Below are positions 51,008 through 63,730 of a DNA stretch of 64,000 bases, one piece after another. How positions within the stretch are numbered: position 1 is the first letter of the stretch; every line of letters starts with the position of its first letter. Where the stretch lies: contig JAPETS010000009.1 of assembly GCA_026023565.1 (NCBI GenBank), positions 496,001-560,000 on the forward strand. The letters are read 5' to 3'. The notes beneath the pieces are model-generated. The model searched no databases. It saw only the letters and a program-made list of their open reading frames with translations, and was not told where the DNA came from. The position numbers and the translations under genes were made by a program. This DNA comes from Cirrosporium novae-zelandiae (taxonomy: Eukaryota).

Positions 51008-51742
51008 TTTTTTTGAAGGTAAATACAAGAATTCTCATTCGGCTGATAGTCAGGGCTCTGTTGTACGATACCAATACTGTTTTTGACATGGCTGGAAAGG
51101 TTGCATAGCGATGGTGTTGATCACAGGGGTCTCAACACTCACAAAAGTTCCAAGGCGTGAGGTAGAAAATGATATGATTATGGGTGGAATTATGATACTT
51201 TGCTGATTGTTTCTCTCACCGCTCGAGAGCGTGCAAGCAAAGCTGCTACATGCAACTAAAAGGCTGACTACGAATATTTAAAAAAAAAAAACACGTCGCT
51301 ACTGTATCTAAAATAATAATATATTCTATTTATCTCATTCTTCTAAGAAGCTATTACAAAGCTTGCCAAGCGGGAAACCGTTCCTTGCAACAAATACAAA
51401 CATTGCTTATAATTAGACTATGCGATGTGGGATCTGGACTGCATCCTTTTGGTTCTATTCAATAGCTTAACTCTCGGTGGAATAATATTTCCCCCGGCCC
51501 CTCTTAGGGCTTGACTATCACGACGTCTCGCTTAGATGTAGATGATAGAACTTCCATTTTGAAATTCACAACGAAGAGGCAACATCAACGTCTTCGACAT
51601 CAATTATCATCTCGTCGAGGAGCCGAAACCTGTCCGAGGAGGGTTTTGCTTACTCGATCCCCCCAGATCCTTTCTCCCCAAAGTGTTGCGATAACAGGAA
51701 AGCCTTCCAAGGAAGGCGCTCGTCTTAGAACGAGGCGGCACC

Positions 51743-53141
51743 ATGGCGGACGTAAAGTCGAAGGTATGTGTGGGAAATATTCTTTAAATTTTATTAATTC
51801 TCAGCATTAAAATTTTGCGATTCCTTGGGGCAGCGATTGATTTGATTTCGCCTTGTTTATCACTCTTACATCAGACTTTACTAACATGGATTGTACAGAA
51901 TATGTACGAGCTTCTGGGTTGGTTCACCTATTGATTTTCTTGATTTTTCTTACAAGAGACACTTCTCACCCATTCCTTACAGGCAATGACCCAGATCTCG
52001 ATTCTGATAAAGAACCTGAACCACCTGTAAAAGTTGTCGACAAGCAGGCTCCTCGCAAAGGACCCAGAAATGCCTCAGACAGCGCACCTACTGAACGTGA
52101 ACGGGGAGGCGGAGGGCGCGGCTCAAGACGAGGAGGCTTCGGTGGAAACGAAGAAGGTATGTAATTGACTGTCTTTCTTTTATAAACTATGTGGGATGTT
52201 TGTTTGATTGAATTTTTTCTATTTCTACTTTCTGGGACCTTGGATACTTGAGTTATGTGCATTCCGCTGATTTAATATATAGCTTTCCGAGATCGTGCTG
52301 CTGGAAGTGCTAACAACCGCGGCAAGCCTACTGATGATGGCTTACGTCAAGACCGTCATCCTGCCGGTGGGGGTCGGGGAGGTCGTGGTGGACGAGGCGG
52401 TCGATTCCAACGTGATGATCGACACAGCCGCACCAACATAGCGTTCGTTATCACCACTTATCTTCATATCATCAGTGCTGAACTAATAATTATTCGTGTA
52501 GTGATCATCCTAAGCAAGTTGAGCATGGTTGGGGTGCCTCTACTGGTGAAGGTGAATGGAACGAGGAAAAAGCAGGTGAAGCCATTGCTAGCCAAGAACA
52601 GGCCTGGGATCCTACCGCACAACCTCCCCCAGTTGAAGGTGGCAATGCTGAAACTCCTGCTGCCACTGCTGAAGCAGAGGCTGAAGCAGAAGCGGAGAAG
52701 AGTCGCACCTACGAGGAGTATCTCAAAGAGCAAGAGGAGAAGAGGAAGGAGCTTGGTGTTGGCATCTTGGAAGCCCGCAGACCCAATGAAGGTCGAAAGG
52801 AAGACAAGAAGTGGGCCAAGGCCAAGGAATTGAAGAAGGATGAGGAGGCTGATGCATACATCGCTGGAACTCACGAGAAGGCCAGGCGTGAAAGAGCACG
52901 CAAGGAGAAGCAAACACTCGATGTTGATCTACGTTACGCGGAGCCCCCAAGGGAACGTGGTGGTCATCGCGGTGGACGCGGAGGACATCGTGGAGAGTTC
53001 AGGGGTGAGCGTGGAGGCCGTGGCCGTGGTCGTGGAGAATTCCGAGGACGCGGCGATGGATCATTCCGCGGACGAGGCCACAGAGAAGGTCCCCCCCCCA
53101 GCACGGAGGATAAAAACGCCTTCCCTGCCTTGGGTGCATAG
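51743..53141 (+). CDS. STM1: Ribosome-associated Stm1 / SERBP1-like RGG protein (multi-exon)
   Basis: MADVKSK|NMYELL|GNDPD (19-nt micro-exon 51899..51917), DDRHSRT, QVEHGWGA, RTYEEYLKE, RRPNEG, RGG repeats and C-terminal FPALGA. Confidence 0.9.
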
Positions 53142-54261
53142 GCTGCTTCGTTCAAGGAGAACAAAGCTAAATTGACCTGCGAAAAATCGGTTGGCTGAGA
53201 GGGCAGGGGCACAATAATGGTGGAATATTAAGTCTGATTCACCTCAGTAGTGCGGTTCCTTTATGAATGAGCAAGCATAAGGGCGGGAGAGAGCCTGCTC
53301 ATTCCGAAGAGGCCTGAGTGCCCTTATTTCTTTAATGTCATTCCTGTTATCCTTTCTGTGCTCTCTAGGTATTGAAAAGTGGACAGTTTCTACAATACTG
53401 TGTAGATTAGGTGTGCTCACAGCCAGAAAAAGCACAACAAATGCGCATTTTATCAAAAAAAACAAAACAAAAGATCTAGCAAGTGCTTTTGTATTCCTAT
53501 GTTTTATCTCAACCTCGAGGTGTAGTTATATCTCGGTGGTTCAGAGTAATTACTATACTTGGGAAAGGTACCAACTACCATTCTTGAAAAAAAAACCTTA
53601 TCATTCCCCTTGGTACTAACAACTCACTTATTAGCAGGCAAGAAATAATGATTAATTATGTAGCACCTCCTAAATAAAACGAAATAGGTTAATTCATTAA
53701 GCATCAACTCAAGGCACGGACTAAATCCTACTCCATCGACACCAACCTATCTTCCAGCTTCAAATCAATTAGTTCTCATATCTAATAAAAAAAATAATAC
53801 TCATTAGGTGCTTGTATGTATATATATATCCAGATACCGAATTCACTTTTATAGAAGTCGGACTAATAGATGGACGTGAGCTTAAGAGTACTTAATAGTT
53901 AGAATCCCTAAGACTCGATTGGGATAATATTATATGATATGATACGACGGACGTTCAACTAATCTATCTATTTACTATAATTCTAATATCTTCAACTAAT
54001 GACTTCTAGCTAATACTAATATATATGCTACATAGACTTATAACTGAAGTTGAAGAGCTACAGATTCTACATCTATAGTACCAGCATTTAGTTGTCCCCA
54101 AGTCCCTTGATCCCATGACTCTTTCAATAATTGTATGATATAGGAAGGAAGGGTTGGTGGATTCTTATTATGAAGTATTTTAAATTCTCTCTGCTGCTTA
54201 TATTATATATAATTACGCACGAGGTCAATAATTCATCAAACGTTGTCCCAGTCTTAATTCC

Positions 54262-54696
54262 TCACAATCCCCAATAACCTTTCACAAGATACGCACCATA
54301 AACAGCGAGTCCGGCTACGATACCTTCCGTACCATAATATGCAATTGGTCTACCAATTCCAATGGAATCTTTCCTCTTTAATCCAAATTCAGAATGGGCA
54401 ATCTGGAGCGCCAAAAGTACCCCGAGGATCCAGCTCAAAGCTTTTCGGTTTGCGCCGTTGAGTTCAGCAAAACCAGTGAGCACAAGAGCAAAGGGAACTT
54501 TCTCTGTGAAGTTCGCATACGACCTGCATGCCTGGAAGAGGCGGTCATTGCCCAATTCATCAGAACTTGCAGAGTCGTTCAATCTGTCTCCCGTATACTT
54601 TGCGTTTTTCAAACGATGGTAGACGACGGTGTTGGAAAGGTATGCCATGTAGACTGCAAAGGGGAGAGTCCATGTACTAGTGATTGCTATGGTCAT
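54262..54696 (-). CDS. MAPEG family membrane protein
   Basis: Intronless 144 aa with several hydrophobic helices; CRSYANFTEKVPFALVL...AELNGANRKAL...IAHSEFG, GIGRPIAY and YLVKGYWG. Confidence 0.85.
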   Translation of the reverse strand: MTIAITSTWTLPFAVYMAYLSNTVVYHRLKNAKYTGDRLNDSASSDELGNDRLFQACRSYANFTEKVPFALVLTGFAELNGANRKALSWILGVLLALQIAHSEFGLKRKDSIGIGRPIAYYGTEGIVAGLAVYGAYLVKGYWGL

Positions 54697-55314
54697 ATTA
54701 GTATCAACTTCTCAGTCCCATATATATGAACTTTGTTTTCAACATACGGAGCATCTTGGGCACTGGGATGCCGACGCTGATGGCGGTAGTCATGTTGAAT
54801 TTAGGTCTGGTGTGGGCTATATGGTCTGATCCGTACACGGAATACTATGTTAGAATTCAATTAAAAAGGAGAAATGAGGAAAGGCCTGAGGCTCCCTGGA
54901 GAGCTTCTGGCATAGTAAAGTATTTCCCCTCAACAGTGAGGGGAGGGGAGAAATGATGTCAGAAGGGATGCTTAAAGGGATGTGGTTTGTAAAGGGCTGT
55001 ACGCACGGAGTCGCAAAAGTAATGGTTAGATTTCCCCAACTACCGTCGGCTGGCCGTTGGGTTCCCTTAGGGTTTAACGGATAATAGTGATTGGTCAGAT
55101 GACACACGGCAGTTTCCGGTGTTAACATGCGTTGTGAAAGATAAACTAGTAAGAGTAAACAAACGAACGAAACCAACAGTTCCCACAGTTCCCACATCTA
55201 TCAAACTATCGAACTATTGAACTATCGAGTTATCGTCAACCCCTTCTTATCCTATGTCTTCTTGACATCTTTGGCATCATTGAAAGGTGAAATTCATTCA
55301 AATCATCTATCAAC

Positions 55315-57437
55315 ATGGTTGCCACACGTCGGTCGTCCCGACTACAGAGTCGCCGTTCAGGAACACAAGAGGTGGGCTGCCTCTCCACTGACCTTCACTA
55401 CTCTTCCATGCGCTTTTGTCGCTTTCATTGCTTTCATCGCTTTCCTATAATAAGTTTATTCAAATACTAACAAGTTAATGTTATGGATAGCCTGCCAAAG
55501 TCTCACATCCAATTGCAAGACTCTCATCTCTAGTTGAACGCGACCAAACACCCACCTCTGGCGCACAATCCACACTCGATCTTATTCTCTCCGCTCCCAC
55601 TCCTCCACAAGGGTCCCCCGGCGCCGCACCAACTTCAGTATTTTCCTCTCCTTCAGTTAGGACTCCCAGCTCCGCTTCCCGAATCAAGCCCAGCCTAGAA
55701 GAAATGCATCCTAGCAAGGTCCAGCAAAGCACGGTGAAGAAGCCGAGATCAGCTATTCCAACTTCAGTGCAGAAAACTCCTACGTCTGTGTCGCGACTTA
55801 TGCCTCCTCGAGATGAGATGCATCCCAGCAAAATCCAACAGAGCACTGCTAAGAAGCCAACTTCAGCTGAACGCCTTGGATTTGTTGACATCGATACAAC
55901 CTCGCCAGTCAAGGCCAATGTAGCGTTCCTTGAGAATACTCCCACCAAGGCCATTGTATCCCTTGGTCCTCCAAAGACATATCCTGGGTTTGAGTTCAAA
56001 TTTGGGCAACGCGATTCTGACCTTAGTACTGAGGCACAGAGGATCATGGATAGTGTTCGTGAAGAAGCTCTAAGAATCAAGAATACAATGAAACTTGAGC
56101 AAGACGTACAAGACCGCAAGGATTCTGAGGCTGAAGATCAGATCAATATTGCTAGACGTAGAATCGCTAAGCCAAAGGGGCGCTTCAGTGATGCTCACTC
56201 AGCACAATTCCAGAAAATGGACTCTATTGCTGGTCATCCTTCTGCATTCAGAGCAACACCTGGCCGGTTTCATCCTGTCGCAACTAGTCTGAAGCGTACT
56301 AGGTCCAAGGCTGATATAAACGACACCGAGCAATCTCCGTCTAAATCAAGAGTAGCTCGAATGGAGGGAAATCATTTAGAGCAAACAAGCCCTACGAAGC
56401 GCGTGAAGCATCAACGACATGAGGATGCATCTACCGCCCGTCCTATATCTCGCGATAGTCAACAAGCAGCTGAAAGAAAGTGTTCTGGATCAGCAATCCC
56501 CCGTTCGAAATCTAGCAACCTGCTCGCATCTATTACCACTCCAACTAAGGCATCTCTTGCTCGAGCAGCAAGCGTGAAAGCACCGAAAACATCTATGATC
56601 CCATCGCTTTCTCGTTCCAACACCATGGCTGTTATACCTAGCCCAGTTGCGCCTAGGACTGAAGGAAGCAATAAGGCTTCATCGATCCCCAAGTTTAATG
56701 AGATCAAATCAATCTTGCGTAGGCCCCGTCGCCTGTTTTCAAACGATCCTGTCAAGATTGCTGCCGGAACACACATTCCACACCCTAAGAGTCCTGGCGA
56801 TATTAACAAGGAGCTTCCCAGCCTTCCTCCCTCCTCAGCCGGTCCACCTCCAAATACACTAAAGAAGGTTGACTTCACACCGTCCACTAAGTCTCGACAT
56901 GAGTTGGCTGCTAACTCTTCATCTCCATCAAAAATGTCCAGCCACGTTCATTTCAGCTCCCCATTGAAGGCACACCAAGATGTTCAATATCCCAGTCTTC
57001 CAGAGTTGTCCCCTCCCCGATCTGCACCTCAACAGTCCCGCCAACCAGTACCTAGGGACTTCACATTCCGCTCCTCAAGGCAAATTACGTTCAAGGATAA
57101 AAGGTCTATGAGCCCTACCATTCGCCAAGTTCGACCTAGCGGCATGCCTACGCCTCTTATTCCTTTTCAAAATATGCCCGTTTTTCCACATGGCATGTCA
57201 AATAAGAAACGCAAGCACGCAAAGGGGAACGATGACGACATTGATATCGAAAACAAACATGAAGACTTGGCTGAAGAGGGGCGCAGGAATAAACGAGTCA
57301 GGGTTAGAGAAACCCCTCAATCACCTAGCCCTGTGAAACGTGTCAGCAGGACTCCAAAATCTGCTAAAGGGAAGGGAAGAAGTATCTTAAGCTTGAGCAG
57401 ACTAAATTTGCTTGCAAGGCCAAAGGAAAGACGTTGA
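55315..57437 (+). CDS. Conserved fungal basic, disordered protein with NuSAP-like motif (2 exons)
   Basis: Exon 1 MVATRRSSRLQSRRSGTQE with GTGGGC donor, acceptor TAG at 55490, then an open frame to 57437 containing two EMHPSK repeats, GRFSDAHSAQFQKMDSIAGHPSAFRA and C-terminal LSLSRLNLLARPK. Confidence 0.8.
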
Positions 57438-57979
57438 ATAGTCTAGTCTATTATGGTACTAGACCAAGATTTTAGCCCATTTGAAAGCGATGATTGTTTG
57501 TTATCAAAGACCAACAAAAAAGTCTAATTGTTTGATGGAGGGGTATCTTCACCTTTGATCTTTGATTGAAACTCTGGGCTGTGTGTTAAACTCTTTTTAG
57601 AGAAAAGAATGTGACGAATGATATGGGAACGGAGTTAAGTTTACCTTTGCTACCCAAGATAGGTTTGGTGGTTGGATTCCAACCTCGGACAGCGAACGAT
57701 ATCAATGCCTTATGCCATAAGGAGGAGTGTGTAGCAAATTGTATTTTTCTTTTCTTTTCTTCTTCTTGCTTACTTAAGTCTTCCCTTTTTCCTTCCAAAC
57801 ATATTTCGGCATGGAAAGGAATAAGGCGGGTCTAATTGATGATGAACACTCCTACTACTTCCTACTACTAGGTGGTCGTTTTAAAGTTTTTTACATGGCA
57901 GTTTTGTTTTTTTGAACCTTGAAGCTTTCGGTATTTTTTTCTTTTCTCTCACAAAAAGCATGTATTAGCATTCATTGCA

Positions 57980-58780
57980 TAGGGTTGGGTTGGGTTGGTT
58001 ATTAATCACTCAGTCAGGGACGGTTTGGGGGAGGGGGAAAGGGTTCGTCCCGGGGGCTTGGAAATATGACGACGGAAGGAATGGAATGGAATGGAATCAG
58101 TAATTTCTATGTTTCTATGTAATAATAATAATAACAAACACAAGACACGGACACACACAGAGAGGGAAGAAAGAGACAAGCTTTCGCTTTATTCCGCTCA
58201 CCTCACTGGTGGTACTTGTACGTCCGACGATCCGATAGTTATGTAGTAAAGTAGACTAAGAAAAATTGCAAAACACGAAAAAAAGGTTGAAGTTTTTTAT
58301 TCAAAGTATGGGTTGGGTGGGTGGTGGGATGAATTGGGGATTGGGGATATAGACTATATTTCTAATGATTGATTGATTGATTGAATTTTTTTTCGGTTTT
58401 GTTAATTAGACTAAATGATATGATGTATTAAAGTGTTAGAATGTTAAGTTTTTAATTTCCGTACGGTAGGCTTTCTCTCCTGTTTTTTTTTTGAAAGGAA
58501 AGGAAATGAAAGGAAAGGAAAAGAGCAGTAGGTGGGGGGGGAATGGACATTTACAATTTACAATCTAACATCTATAACTTTTCTCTCTCCTAAAATTCTA
58601 ACCCTTAACCTTTAACCTTTAACCTTTAACCTCACAACCCCACAACAACAACAATATCTATACATTAGAAGTTACGCAAACCAACACTCTTCCCCTTCCT
58701 CTTCCTTTTACTCAACCAAAACCAAACCAAACCAAAAAAGTAGACGTGGGATAGACTATTTGAGCCAGATGGATGGATGG
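57980..58780. repeat. Microsatellite-rich convergent intergenic region
   Basis: (GGGTT)n, (GGAAT)n, (AAT)n, (GATT)n, (GAAAG)n, (TAACCTT)n, (CAA)n, (CCAAA)n and (GGAT)n tracts. Confidence 0.75.
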
Positions 58781-59938
58781 ATACCCACACGCCACAAGTG
58801 TTTAGGATATATATCCTAACTACACCATAACAATCAATATATGTATAAGTATGTATATATTATACTCTCTCTCATTCTCATTCTATACGTGTGCTATCCA
58901 AAAAAACCAAAAAAAAACCCCCATCACGGAAATTAAATTATTCATAAAAATAAAACATACATAAAAAAATAATGACTAATTAGTAAAGCCGCCCATCGCC
59001 TAAGACAAAAAACAGACATAAAAAAACGAGTCAAACAAACAAAAAAGGTGGGTGCAAAGTGGTTGGAGATATGTTCATAATCCCCTTATATTCTTTTTTT
59101 TTTCGGTTGTAGTGGTAGTGATAATAATAGTGGTGTGTGTAAAAGGCATGGGTGGATGGATTGATTATAATAAAAAAAAACAAAGACATCATACCGATTT
59201 CACCATTTCTATGTGAAGACACCCTCCCTTCCCCTTTTGTTCATACAAACATATACAAATGCAAACGCAAATCAGCCAGCGAGTCCAGAGGAATGACTCT
59301 CTCTTCCTCCAAGCTCATCATATCCCCTATTTTTGTTTTGTTTGCTTGAAGCCTTGCCTTGCCTCTTTGTCTTTGTGTTTTTTTTTCTTGCCTTGCCTTG
59401 CCTGCCGTATATGACATTTTAAACACCAGATCAAGTATGATGATGATAATGATGATGATGAATGATGGTACCAGTGTGCTAAACCCCGCTCGCTCGCAAA
59501 TAGGATTAACAAAAAAGCAATTGATATTTATTTGATCGGTTTCCCGATGATGTGATAAACAAATAAGAGAGATGGTGGGAAAAAACTTGAAGGGATGAAG
59601 AGGATGGTTATTGGAGAAATGTATGTATGCACGTTGGTTGATGAAGCCGACCGAACCATCAAGTACTAGCTCACTCGCTCGCTGGCTGAATCGTTTAGGA
59701 TTGTAGGAGGAGATGGAATGAGAAAACCGTTTGAATCTTGATTGGAACCTATCCACCCACATTCATTGTCGATTGCTGATTGAGATAATCCTCTTGCTCG
59801 GGATACTTAATTTGGTATTTTCCCTTTCTCTCTTGTACCATCAAACCAATTTCAATCCATTCATTGGAAAACATCTTAAACCAAACCTGGAATTGACCTG
59901 GTCAACCGATATGATCCCACTCCACCACGGTCGATAGA

Positions 59939-62900
59939 TCAATAAGGGGGTATGCTGATGCCTCCAGCTTCTTGTTCTTCACCTTCTCCACAACCATCAA
60001 TACTGAACTCTTTCTTCTTCCCAATTTCCACCTCCGCCTCCGCCTCCGCATCAATAGCCTTCAACAACGCTCCCAAATCAAGTTTATGACTATCTCCATC
60101 AATTCTCCCAAGGCCCAAACCCCAATCGTTAGACCCTCCGGTCCCTTTGGATCCGGTCCTTGTACCAGGCCTACTCTTGCCTCTCTTCAAGCTTCGAGCC
60201 CGGGCGTCAAAGCCAACCCCACGATTATGACCTTGTGGTGCAGTTCGAGGACGTCCAGTATTGGCAGGATACCCATTACGGTCAACAGAGGAGGAACGCC
60301 TGACTACGTTGGTGCCATTTGTCGGGGTAGGATCATTACCAGTGTCGTTGACAGAGTCGCTAGGATAGCCGCCAGGAAGATGGAAGGTGGATGGGAGGGG
60401 GGGAACTGGAGGAATCTCCTGATGAAAATAATTGTCTATTGTCGTATTCGTGCCCGCTTGTTGAGGTGAAAGATCTTGTATCGCGGAGACCTTAGGCGTT
60501 ATAGAACCTTGTCGCTCCAACTTGCCTCCCTCCTGCCCGTCCTCGGGACCGTAAGCAGTATGGTTAAGGGAAGTAAAGGCAGCTTCTGCTCCTTGAACAA
60601 ATGAGGCATCGGAGGTAGAGCAGTCAAGGGTAGCTTCGCTCTCGCTCCCAGTGTCATCCGCGAAATCGAGAGCCGGATGAAGGGGGGTTGAGGCTCTTGT
60701 GGATATCGACAGAACACGCTTCAGTTCATCGACACGCACAGTTGAGCTCTTGCTAGATGCTGAAGAGACGCGCTCGGGAGAAGCTTCCGGACCGCTAGCG
60801 TGGCGGAGCTTCTGCAGACCACCATGGCCACCATGAGCAGTAGACGGCGCTCTACTTCCATATAGGGAGCGAGAAGTCGCGTTCGGGGTGTTATTGCCTG
60901 TAGGGGAGTTATTTCTAGTCGTGCCATTGATTCCAAGAAGGTTCCGGTGTCCTACGGTAGTAGTGGTTCCTGTTTTTGAGCCAGTGAAGGATGAAGCTTT
61001 GGCAGATTGCCTTTCGATGGCCGCGATGCACGCTTCTTTGGTCCATTCCGCTAGCATTTGATCTTTAACGTCATCAGGTAGCTTGCTCTCTGGACTAAGG
61101 GCAACTGCCGGGGCTACAGGTGTTGGTGTAAAACCTAGTGCTGGTAACGAGAAGACACGACCAGGTGAAGCGGGTGGGCTTGAAGGTGGAGGAACCTTTG
61201 CGTAGGCCATGGCAATTTGCTCAATGAGTCCTCGCCGGGAGTCAAAGGGCCTTAGCGATTCATCTTCAGCGGTTGAAGGTGGCCTGCCCATACCGGAGTA
61301 TCGATCAAGGGATCTGACCTGCTCGAGTGCAAGCGGCGGAAGTCGCACTCTTTCAAGCCACAACCCCTTCTGCTTTCTTCTAGAGACTTCACTCTGGATT
61401 TCACTACCGACCTTGGTAACCTCGAAGCCAAATTTCTCACTAAGTTCCCAAAAATAGACATGGACAAGACTGCCGATGTTGATCTTGGCGGCAGGAGTCG
61501 GAATAACGTCATCAAAATTGATGTCTTCCTGGAGTCTGAAAATCATCGGCAACCCAGCTCTAACAGCATTGACACCTAACCGTTCCACAAGATTCCAAAG
61601 GAGGAGATGCAGCAAGAGAATATTTTGTTCATCTTCCGGAGCTTCTAAAGCATTGTCATATATTGCTAGGTGTAGTAGTTGAAGGAAGGTAAGTTTCATT
61701 GACTTTGTTGTCTTGTCGCCACGGGAACCTATTGACATAGCTCGTCGAGATAGTTTGTTTTCAGTTTGGTCTTTACCATCCCGTTTGGTTGATTTTGACG
61801 CTGTTGGTCGATCATTCATGACTTGAAGATCGGTCTGATCGGTCTCAAGTCTAAGCCATGTAAGAAGAGCATCGCCATATGCCATGCGAACCTCCTTTTC
61901 ATCTCGGAGGAGCCATTGTGTATCTTCCCATACCTGGACCCTGACACGATTTCGCCCAACAGCAGTAGCCCCTGGTATTGCGCCCCGCATATTTGCAGTA
62001 CTTAGAATTTCTTTGATGGCCCGTAAGGCCACAAGTCGCGCAGTAGCAAAGGAGAAAAATTCGTCAGTATCGGCATCCTCTTTCATACTCACAGAATCTG
62101 CGATAGCTTTAGCGGTGGCAGAAGGGTTTTCAACCGCATCTGTTGCTGTAGGAACTGGTGATGATGGAGAGGGCTTTAGTCGGACAAGAATAGCTTGTAT
62201 CATATCTGAAATCTGTTCAGAATAGTAGACATGCGTGGCTAGATCTCCAACACACTGCTGCAGGCGTAAAAGTAAATCATGGCGGGCTTGGGATGGACGT
62301 GTTCCGTTTGTCTTCTCAGTAGTTGCCGTTACTGGTCGTGGCTCCAAAGCATTTTTAGTATCATTAAAAGGATCGACGCTATTAGATTGCTGGTGGTGAG
62401 GATAAATTTGGCTCCCGTTCCCACCGAGTCGTAGGAGTAGTAAAATATGTTGTATTAAGCCAAGAAGGATATCCATTACGCTGAGACCGATGAGATTGAT
62501 CGGAGAGCTTAAGAGCCAACTTATGATGGAAGCTAGTATGAGCTGCCCTTCCAAGTTCTGTTCCACGGCTGGACTGCTCACGAGCGTCTCCATCGCAGTC
62601 ACAACAATAATGAAACGATCTTGTACAGGGGTCCATCTTGCCACCATCTCGACCAAAGTTGTTACCCACGTTCCCAATCTTATAGAGTCTGTTGTTGTTG
62701 CTGTCTGGGGACGGGAAGCATCGTTTTTGGCGGCAATGAATTTTAGCAATTCGGTCGTGGCCATCCTTATTCGACCTCGAGCATTGACCGATACAATCTG
62801 TTTTAAGCATTGCAAAGCTAATGCCCCAACTTCTTCCTCGGCAAGCTTATCCGCATCAGCCGTGGTCCCCGCAGCAGCTGCAGGACCGGTACCAGGTTGA

Positions 62901-63730
62901 GGGATGTCAACTGTTTGAACTGTTGCAATACTCGATCGATGCCGTATAGTTTCTCTTTCATTCTTCTCTAGGAGTTGCGTGCGATCCTGTAGAAGTAGTA
63001 GGTATTCCTCGCTCTCCGAATAAAGGTTTTGCAATATAACTGGCATAATGATGCTCAAATGTCTGACCCCATCAGCACCAAATGATTCGGTTGATGTGAT
63101 GCTCTTAATCGCCCTTAACCCGGTATTCCGCCATCGTATAGCCATGGGGGTACTAATCGATTCCTTCATCTGCATTGGAGATTCACGGCCCGAAAATGCT
63201 GCATAGTTCTTAAGTATCTCTTCGTATAACCGTGCATATTCTTGGTCGGCGGACAACCTTTCGACATCATGGTGTTCACAGAAGGTCTCAAAGGTAGGTA
63301 TCGTTTCCTCTGCTAGTGTAATATCTTGGGACTGTAGGACTTGACCAAGGATTCGTAGGAGATAAGGAGCGTATAGAGGGAGATCGCGCGGGGATTTCTC
63401 GATGAGAGCTTTGAGGATCTGTAATGTTACTTGGACATTTCTTTGGCCAAAAGTAGCAATTAGTTTGAGGATCGCCTGATAAGGTCTGCCACGATTGTAA
63501 GAAATTTAATCATACCCGGTCCTCCCTCTCCAGATGTCCCTAGCTGTCCTCTTTTCGAGAAACGCGCCTACTTTCTGGACCTTGCTGCGTCGCGTGCTCG
63601 CGTAGTAGAGCAAATAGCTAAGCTCGCTCGAATTGGGTTTGACTTCAACTGCATTCTTTTGAAATCTTGGATAGCATTTCAAGATTAGGACCTGATGCTT
63701 CGGTCGGCATGATGACCGAATTGCGTTCAT
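59939..63730 (-). CDS. EFR3: Efr3, plasma-membrane PI4-kinase scaffold (2 exons)
   Basis: MNAIRSSCRPKHQVLILKCYPRFQKNAVEVKPNSSELSYLLYYASTRRSKVQKVGAFLEK, one intron, then NVQVTLQILKALIEKSPRDLPLYA, WTPVQDRF, NLIGLSVMDIL and DLATHVYYSEQISDMI. Confidence 0.95.

Noticed and set aside
51764..52281. STM1 introns as possible snoRNA hosts
   Set aside because: No convincing box C (RTGATGA) and box D pair with a terminal stem, and no H/ACA architecture seen.
58598..58632. (TAACCTT)n resembling telomeric repeat
   Set aside because: About five heptamer copies with only one CTAACCC; internal and surrounded by many unrelated microsatellites.
59241..59762. 173-aa minus-strand ORF downstream of EFR3
   Set aside because: Built from SSRs ((ATC)n, (GGCAA)n) in the probable EFR3 3' UTR.
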